Assembly (NCBI GenBank): GCA_040754875.1
Contig: JBFMBT010000002.1
Span: 1-50,165 of the forward strand
Direction: 5' to 3'
Origin: Verrucomicrobiota bacterium
GTDB lineage: Bacteria; Verrucomicrobiota; Verrucomicrobiia; Limisphaerales; JBFMBT01
DNA length: 50,165 nucleotides
The notes under the pieces are model-generated. The model was not told the DNA's origin and did no database searches. It saw only the letters and a list, made by a program, of their open reading frames with translations. A program made the translations under genes and the position numbers. The number at the start of each line of letters is the position of its first letter. Position 1 is the first letter of the stretch. Positions 44,260 through 50,165 of the stretch are shown piece after piece.

Positions 44260-45906
44260 TCACTTCTTGAGCGTGTTCTTCAAATACAAGAACGCGGGAC
44301 CGACCTCCGCCCACCGCTGGCGCAGCAAATGCGGCACATACGTCGGCCCGTCGTTGAACGCGCCGAGCACGATGTCCAGGTCGCCGTCGCCGTCGATGTC
44401 CCCCACATCCATGACCAGCCAGCGGCCGGAAAACGCTTCCTCGAACGAGTGCACCTCGAACTTCATCCCGCCACGATTTTCCAGATACAGAAAACTTTCG
44501 CGCGGTGATTTCCGGTAGTCCGGGTAAAAGGAAATCGAAGCAATGTCCAGATCACCGTCCTCATCGAAGTCCCGCGCCACGGCCTTGAACACGCCGTTGA
44601 TGGGGAAAAACCATTCTTCCTTGAACTGGTTCTTGCCATTGTTGAGATACAGGCGGATGCCGTGGAAGTTTTTCATCGGCGGCAGATGGCCCGTGTTGTC
44701 GCCGTTGTCCCCGTTGGTCACGAGGATGTCGAGCGCGCCGTCCTTGTTGAAGTCCACCAGTTCCAAAAAGCTCGAGCCCCACGCCGAATGCCACTCCGCG
44801 ATGGGCGTCTGGTCGAACCCGCCTTTGCCGTCGTTCATGAACAGATACAAGCCCTCACGCGCCTGCGCGAACAACGCCACGATGTCCAGGTGCCCGTCCT
44901 TGTTGAAGTCGTGCAACTCCGCCTTCACCGCGCCCGGCCGCTCCATCAACGGATGCTCCACATACTTGCCGTTCGGCAACGCCTCGAACCACGAAAATGC
45001 GCCGAGATAGTTTCCATACCCGCAAACGACGAAATCCTTGCGCCCGTCGCCGTTCAAGTCGCCGAGCGCCATATCCACCGGCCGCTGCAATTCGTCAATC
45101 AACTGCACCATGCCGCCGCCGCCTTCCTTCGGCGGCCCCAGTTTCACCAGCTTGCCCAGCGGCGTGTCCGACGGCAGGTAACTCCCAATGGTCAGCACAT
45201 ACATGTCCCCGTCTTCCTGGATCAATTCCACCGGCGCGCTCGGCAATCCGGCCGACGCAATCTCCGTTCCCGCCGCGCTGAGAATGCGAATCGTTGTGTC
45301 GCGCTCGATGCCCACGAAGATGCGTTTGTTCGGCGGATCGATCTTCACCATCGTCACCGTCTGCGTCGTCTGGAACGACGGACGGAACACATCGAATTGT
45401 TTCAAGCCCACCTCGATCGGCGGGCGCGGCTTCTGCGGCGCGGTTTCCTGCGGTGCGGTCGAAAGGTAATAAGTACAGATCGCGCGCCACTCCTCGATGC
45501 TCATCAATGGGACCTTCGGCACGATGTTCGCCGCCTTGAGCCGCGGTTCCAGCCGCAGTTCCTCATACGAGATGTCCGACATGCCCAGCCACTTGGCCAT
45601 CTCCGGCAGCACCTCCATGCCCCATGTCACTTTGTCGAGCACGCTGGGCTCGGGGAAAAAGTGACACGTCGAGCAATACTGCCGCGCCCGCAGTTCGCCG
45701 AGTTGGTACTCGTTGACCGGCTCCGCATTGGTGGAACCGGAGGCAGGCAACGCGGCCGTGCCGGTCGGCAGCGCAACTGGCGCCGGCGCGGCGGGGCCGC
45801 TTTTCCTCCAGACGAGCCACGCCACGAACAGGCAGCCCACCAGCGCCCACAGGATGACCAGTATTCCCGGACGCGAACCCCCGGCGGGCGTTTCAGGTAC
45901 TTGCAT
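44260..45906 (-). CDS. Membrane-anchored protein with a CxxCH (cytochrome c-like) motif and FG-GAP/VCBS repeat beta-propeller
   Basis: N-terminal TM is ILVILWALVGCLFVAWLV. CSTCH is at codons 78-82 (nt 45661-45675). Repeated D.NGDG..D / DFN.DG.LD motifs are present. Its stop lies 5 bp from the uxaA-like stop (convergent). Confidence 0.75.
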   Translation of the reverse strand: MQVPETPAGGSRPGILVILWALVGCLFVAWLVWRKSGPAAPAPVALPTGTAALPASGSTNAEPVNEYQLGELRARQYCSTCHFFPEPSVLDKVTWGMEVLPEMAKWLGMSDISYEELRLEPRLKAANIVPKVPLMSIEEWRAICTYYLSTAPQETAPQKPRPPIEVGLKQFDVFRPSFQTTQTVTMVKIDPPNKRIFVGIERDTTIRILSAAGTEIASAGLPSAPVELIQEDGDMYVLTIGSYLPSDTPLGKLVKLGPPKEGGGGMVQLIDELQRPVDMALGDLNGDGRKDFVVCGYGNYLGAFSWFEALPNGKYVEHPLMERPGAVKAELHDFNKDGHLDIVALFAQAREGLYLFMNDGKGGFDQTPIAEWHSAWGSSFLELVDFNKDGALDILVTNGDNGDNTGHLPPMKNFHGIRLYLNNGKNQFKEEWFFPINGVFKAVARDFDEDGDLDIASISFYPDYRKSPRESFLYLENRGGMKFEVHSFEEAFSGRWLVMDVGDIDGDGDLDIVLGAFNDGPTYVPHLLRQRWAEVGPAFLYLKNTLKK

Positions 45907-45982
45907 GATGAATTTGAATCAGGTTGCGCGGCGAGAACACGCGCGCGTTATAGCCGTTGATGATGGCGTGGTTCAAGGAATC

Positions 45983-48900
45983 TCAATTGGCCGCCAGCGC
46001 CGCGCCCTCGGCGTTCACGGTGATCTGCTTCGCGTTCGCCGGGATGCTGGTGCGCGTCTCCTTGCCGCCGGGCCAGCGCACCCACAGGCTCTCCGGTTCC
46101 CCGGCCTGGCCCAAGACTTGAACCGCCGAGTCTTGCGACCAATAGCCACTGCCCGCGAGGATGGCCCGGGTCGGGCCTTTCTTCCCATCCGCATATTCCA
46201 ACCGCATCACCGCCCCAATCCCGCCCGGATTCTCCGCCCCTCCTGCCAATCTTACGCGTATCCCCGGCTTGCCTCCCACGTTCCGATACAGCTTGGTCTC
46301 CGCCCCGTTCTGGCTTACCACCACATCGACACGTCCGTCTCCGTCAAAGTCGCACAGCGCGCTGCCCCGTTGTTCCCCATACACCTTGATTCCACTCTCT
46401 TGTCCCGGTACGGCCACGAGGTTGCCCTTCCCGTCGCCCCGCAGCCACAGGCCACGGCCTCCGTCGTTGCGCGGGGTCTCAATCTGTACCGCAAAGAAGT
46501 TCTGGCTCAGGAACACATCTTCCACTCCGTCCCCGTCATAATCCCCCACGTTCACCCCAAAGCCCGGCGCCAGTTGCGCCTGCACCGGCAACGGCTGTGC
46601 TTGAAAGCTCTTGCCCCGGTTCAGAAACACCATGTGCTCCAGGGTGTTGGCTTCCACCACGCGGGCCCCTTTCAGTTTGTCCCCGTAGATCTCTTCCAGC
46701 CCGCAGCTCCCGAAGGCCAGGTAGGTCGGCGTGCGTTCCCGGATGAATGGCATCGCCCGCGACGAACAGCTCAAACCCCGTTCGGGCACCAGCTTGCCCA
46801 TGCGTTTGTCATAGTGGGCTTCCACGATGTCCATGCTCCCGTTGCCATCAAAGTCGCCGTAATAGATTTTCAACGGCTCCAGCACGCTGTAGGCGTGTTC
46901 GTACTTGCTGTTGCGGCCCCAGTTGCTGGCCACGATGTCCAATCGCCCGTCGCCATCGATATCTCCCAAGGTCACGCCGTTCCACCACCCGGTGTAGCCG
47001 CTCAAGCCCAGTTCGCGGGTGGCTTCGGTGAACTGGCCACGGTCATTGCGGAACACGCGCACCGGGCCCCATTCGCAGGCCAGCACCAAGTCCATGTCTC
47101 CGTCGCCCTCGAGGTCGCCCAGCACCGACCCGCTCGCCAAACCCAGCTGCGGCCATTCCTGCGCCAGTTGCCATTTTCCGTTGTCATTGCGATAGAGCCG
47201 CGAGCCGGCCGGTTCGGGGTATTTCCCCGGCACCGTTCTTCCGCCCACAAACAGGTCCAAATCTCCGTCCCCGTCCACGTCCCCCAAACTCATCGGGCCG
47301 ACCATCGGCTCGGCCAGTGGCACCGTCTCGCCCACGGCCCAACTGGCGCCCAAGCCGAAGGCCTGCACGGAGGACAACGCGCCCATGGGCTCTTCAAAGT
47401 TGGAGATGCCCACCAGCAGGCGCGCCGTTTTGCTCCCCTGCGGCCACGCCACCAGTCCGGTGGTGTCAGAGGTCAAGGCCGGCGTTTCGTAGCCTTGGAA
47501 TCCGCCTCGTCCGTCGTTCTTGAGCAGGGTCAGTTTGCCGCCGTTGCCGCTGCCGATGACCAGGTCTTCATCGCCGTCGCCATCGGCGTCCACCCACGCC
47601 ACGCCCGGTCCCAACTGGCTCAATCGATTCGGCAAAAGGGATTGCCGGACAAAATCGTCAAAGGCTCGTTCGCCATGGCGATGTCTCAACTTGTAGCTCT
47701 CATCGACGTAATAGGGTTCGGGCAAATGCGGCGGAGTTGGTTTCGTGGCTTCGGAACCGCTTTCGTCAATCACATACAGGCGGTTGGCCTTCACGTCTTC
47801 GACCACGCTCTTCTTGCCGTTGCGCCACGTCACTTCCAATCTCATCGGCCCTTTGCCGGCCGCAAACACGCGCAGGGGGTCGCTGCCCGAGGCATACACG
47901 CCCCCGGCAATCACCTCGGTGGTTTGTTCCACCGGACCGCCCACCAGCTTGAGCTTTGCGCCAATGCCCTGGGTGTTGGGCGCGTTGCCTTTCAACCGCA
48001 CGGCCACCCGCGGCGCGTTGCTCTCGTTGCGATACAGTTCCGGCGCCGACCCCGTGTTGTTGATCACCACATCGAGGTCCCCGTCGTTGTCCAGGTCCGC
48101 CAGCGCCATCCCCCCGCTCACCGCCGCCGTCCGGAAACCCCACTGCCCGCTCACATCCTCAAATTGCAGGTTCCCTTTGTTGCGGAAGATGAAGTTCGGC
48201 GTCGCCAGCGTCGGAAACATCTTCGCCGTCTTGCGAGCGAGTTCCGGAGTCAATGGCCCCATCTTTGCAATCTCCGCGTTCGCGTCCGAATCCATGAAGT
48301 CGCGAATCATGCCGGTCGTCACCAGCAAATCTTCGTAACCGTCCAAATCCGCATCGAGAAATGAAACCGACCACGACCACTCGGAGGCTTTGATCCCGGC
48401 GAATTGCGCGATCTCCGCAAACGTGCCATCGCCGCGATTCAGGAACAGCGTGTTCTGCATGACCTGCGGACGATTATCGATTTCGCCAATCGTGACTGGC
48501 GTGGGCTGCATGTCGCCCATCTGCGTTTTGCGCCGCGTATGCTCGCGGCTGAGCATATCGACCGTGAAGAAATCCAGATGCCCGTCGCGGTTGATGTCCG
48601 CGAAGTCCACGCCCATCGAGAAGTAACACATCCGGCGAAGTGCAGTCCTCGAAATCAACCGGAACCGCCCGGTGCCATCGTTGATCCAGAAACGGTCGGG
48701 CGTCTGGTAGTCGTTGCACACATACAAGTCCGGGTCGCCATCGCCATCCACATCCCGGAACGTCGCCGCCAATCCCCAATCCGCCGGCATCGGAATCGGC
48801 CGGCCGTCTTCGTCCTGAAAACGCCGGTCGGCATCGGTGATCGGTTTGAAACTGCCTTTGCCATCGTTGAGATACAGCACATCGGGCACGCCCTTTTGCA

Positions 48901-49633
48901 ACACGTCGAGGTAAGGGTTGCCGTTGTTGTAATTGGTGATGACGGTGAAATATTCCTGAAACTCCTTGGAGGGTTTGAGGCCGTCGCGCACCTTTTTCAA
49001 CTCGGTGTTCACCATCTCGCGATAGAACGCAGGCAGCATCGTTTCCTTGAGCCGCATGCGCAGATACGAAGTCACATACAGGTCGAGATCGCCATCGCCA
49101 TCCACGTCCGCCAGCGCGGGGGAAATGTCGCGGCTGATGTTCAGCTTGCGCCACGGCATGTCGGTCTTCTCGGTGAAATGCCCTTTGCCGTCGTTGAGGA
49201 AAAGTCCGTTCGGACTGTCCATGCTCAAGACGATGAGGTCCAGGTCACCGTCGCCGTCCACGTCCGCGAAGGTCGCACCGGTCAAAAAGCGTCCCGCGCA
49301 AGCGACGCCGGCGTTCGCGGTGATGTCCTGAAATTTCCAATCGCCTAGGTTGCGATAAAGAACGTTCGGCCCATCCATTCCGCACAAGAACAAATCGCAA
49401 AGCCCGTCGCCATCCACATCGCCCGCAGCCAACCCGGAGTTGACGGCCCACGTGGTCGGCAAATCCTTCTGCCAGCCCGGCGTGCCGCCCGCGACAAAGC
49501 CCGCCACAGTGGGATCGATTTGCGTGAAACCCGCCTTGTTGCCGTTGAAGACCGGCAACTCGACGACGCGAGCACGTTCGGCGGCGTCGGCTCCCAGAGC
49601 CAGCAACGACAAAATGAGCAATCCCAACTTCAT
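45983..49633 (-). CDS. CRTAC1-family protein: multiple FG-GAP/VCBS repeats + C-terminal ASPIC/UnbV domain
   Basis: 1216 aa with signal peptide MKLGLLILSLLALGADA. There are many DVDGDGDLDL-type repeats. The C-terminus GIGAVMRLEYADGKKGPTRAILAGSGYWSQDS is typical of UnbV_ASPIC. Its start overlaps the upstream stop (ATGA at 49630-49633). Confidence 0.85.
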   Translation of the reverse strand: MKLGLLILSLLALGADAAERARVVELPVFNGNKAGFTQIDPTVAGFVAGGTPGWQKDLPTTWAVNSGLAAGDVDGDGLCDLFLCGMDGPNVLYRNLGDWKFQDITANAGVACAGRFLTGATFADVDGDGDLDLIVLSMDSPNGLFLNDGKGHFTEKTDMPWRKLNISRDISPALADVDGDGDLDLYVTSYLRMRLKETMLPAFYREMVNTELKKVRDGLKPSKEFQEYFTVITNYNNGNPYLDVLQKGVPDVLYLNDGKGSFKPITDADRRFQDEDGRPIPMPADWGLAATFRDVDGDGDPDLYVCNDYQTPDRFWINDGTGRFRLISRTALRRMCYFSMGVDFADINRDGHLDFFTVDMLSREHTRRKTQMGDMQPTPVTIGEIDNRPQVMQNTLFLNRGDGTFAEIAQFAGIKASEWSWSVSFLDADLDGYEDLLVTTGMIRDFMDSDANAEIAKMGPLTPELARKTAKMFPTLATPNFIFRNKGNLQFEDVSGQWGFRTAAVSGGMALADLDNDGDLDVVINNTGSAPELYRNESNAPRVAVRLKGNAPNTQGIGAKLKLVGGPVEQTTEVIAGGVYASGSDPLRVFAAGKGPMRLEVTWRNGKKSVVEDVKANRLYVIDESGSEATKPTPPHLPEPYYVDESYKLRHRHGERAFDDFVRQSLLPNRLSQLGPGVAWVDADGDGDEDLVIGSGNGGKLTLLKNDGRGGFQGYETPALTSDTTGLVAWPQGSKTARLLVGISNFEEPMGALSSVQAFGLGASWAVGETVPLAEPMVGPMSLGDVDGDGDLDLFVGGRTVPGKYPEPAGSRLYRNDNGKWQLAQEWPQLGLASGSVLGDLEGDGDMDLVLACEWGPVRVFRNDRGQFTEATRELGLSGYTGWWNGVTLGDIDGDGRLDIVASNWGRNSKYEHAYSVLEPLKIYYGDFDGNGSMDIVEAHYDKRMGKLVPERGLSCSSRAMPFIRERTPTYLAFGSCGLEEIYGDKLKGARVVEANTLEHMVFLNRGKSFQAQPLPVQAQLAPGFGVNVGDYDGDGVEDVFLSQNFFAVQIETPRNDGGRGLWLRGDGKGNLVAVPGQESGIKVYGEQRGSALCDFDGDGRVDVVVSQNGAETKLYRNVGGKPGIRVRLAGGAENPGGIGAVMRLEYADGKKGPTRAILAGSGYWSQDSAVQVLGQAGEPESLWVRWPGGKETRTSIPANAKQITVNAEGAALAAN

Positions 49634-50165
49634 AACGATGCAATCATGCCGTGAACGCCCACTTTAATCTCTTTCGCGCCAGCCGGTATTTTCACGCGCG
49701 TCTCCTTGCCGCCGGGCCAGCGCACCCACAAGCTCTCCGGTTCCCCGGCCTTGCCCAGCACCGCCACCGCCGAGTCCTGCGACCAATAGCCACTGCCCGC
49801 CAAGATGGCTCGCACGGGGCCTTTCTTCCCATCCGCATATTCCAGCCGCAGCACCGCGCCAATCCCACCGGGATTCTCCGCCCCGCCCGCCAGCCGCACC
49901 CGTATCCCCGGCTTGCCCCCCACGTTGCGATACAGCTTGGTCTCCGCCCCGTTCTGGCTCACCACCACGTCCACCCGCCCGTCCGCGTCAAAGTCACACA
50001 AGGCGCTGCCTCGTTGTTCCCCATACACCTTGATCCCGCTCTCTTGTCCCGGTACGGCCACGAGGTTGCCCTTCCCGTCGCCCCGCAGCCACAGGCCACG
50101 GCCTCCGTCGTTGCGCGGGGTCTCAATCTGTACCGCAAAGAAGTTCTGGCTCAGGAACACATCTT
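49630..50165 (-). CDS. 3' end (runs off the window) of a second CRTAC1/ASPIC-UnbV paralog
   Basis: The last 176 codons are ~90% identical in protein to the C-terminus of the downstream paralog. The 'M' at 50160 in the ORF track is internal in the paralog (..VEDVFLSQNFF..), so the gene continues beyond the window. Confidence 0.85.
   Translation of the reverse strand, partial: DVFLSQNFFAVQIETPRNDGGRGLWLRGDGKGNLVAVPGQESGIKVYGEQRGSALCDFDADGRVDVVVSQNGAETKLYRNVGGKPGIRVRLAGGAENPGGIGAVLRLEYADGKKGPVRAILAGSGYWSQDSAVAVLGKAGEPESLWVRWPGGKETRVKIPAGAKEIKVGVHGMIASL

Noticed and set aside
45713-48364. Very long plus-strand ORFs (883 aa here; also 39341..41404 at 687 aa, 15478..17400 at 640 aa, 26914..28641 at 575 aa, 33909..35435 at 508 aa and 11647..12906 at 419 aa) lying antisense to the minus-strand genes.
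   Set aside because: These are shadow ORFs typical of GC-rich DNA. Their translations are Arg/His/Pro/Gln-rich, low in complexity and carry no recognisable motif. The opposite-strand ORFs carry clear family signatures (FG-GAP/UnbV, GT, Wzc and others).
46052-50165. A diversity-generating retroelement (template/variable repeat pair), suggested by the near-identical 3' ends of the two paralogs.
   Set aside because: The mismatches between the copies are not restricted to adenine positions. The repeat covers a whole conserved domain of 470 nt. No reverse transcriptase gene is present in the window.

Overview
This is a GC-rich bacterial chromosomal segment. The repeat families and protein types suggest a PVC-group or Verrucomicrobiota-like organism, but that is inference only. 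All functional calls come from motif recognition by eye; no database, HMM or folding tool was available.

Positions 1-33471 form one co-directional, minus-strand Wzx/Wzy-dependent exopolysaccharide or O-antigen-type locus of about 33 kb.
- It is headed by a NusG-paralog gene that sits directly after a tRNA-Thr(CGU).
- Export and assembly genes: an outer-membrane beta-barrel, a short OPX (Wza-like) protein, a PCP/tyrosine autokinase, a flippase, a Wzy/O-antigen-ligase-like protein and an initiating phosphoglycosyl transferase.
- Three glycosyltransferases are present.
- The tailoring set is dense: an MBOAT plus SGNH-like partner, two deacetylase-type proteins, three SAM methyltransferases, a DegT aminotransferase, an SDR epimerase/dehydratase, a formyltransferase-like protein, a GNAT, a FemAB-like protein, an AsnB-type amidotransferase, a beta-helix protein and a GH-like secreted protein.
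- The only plus-strand genes inside the locus are a small ORF coupled to a 36-codon stub of an HNH-nuclease gene.

The right third of the window (33.9-50.2 kb) holds:
- a 762-aa repeat-built secreted protein;
- a 1.1-kb ORF-free, G-skewed patchwork of repeats;
- a LysE exporter;
- an orphan Imm27-like gene next to a start-less ORF remnant;
- a secreted hypothetical gene bracketed by 33-bp inverted repeats;
- an abnormally long (899 aa) internally duplicated UxaA-family dehydratase;
- three FG-GAP/VCBS (CRTAC1/ASPIC-UnbV-type) genes, two of which share a recently homogenised 3' end.

The most unusual property of the window is that nearly every intergenic gap is occupied by members of at least eight families of short palindromic (REP/MITE-like) repeats. 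One 129-bp element sits in frame inside the MBOAT gene. Other elements supply stop codons, C-terminal tails and SD-like tracts.

I found no CRISPR array, transposase, integrase or rRNA.
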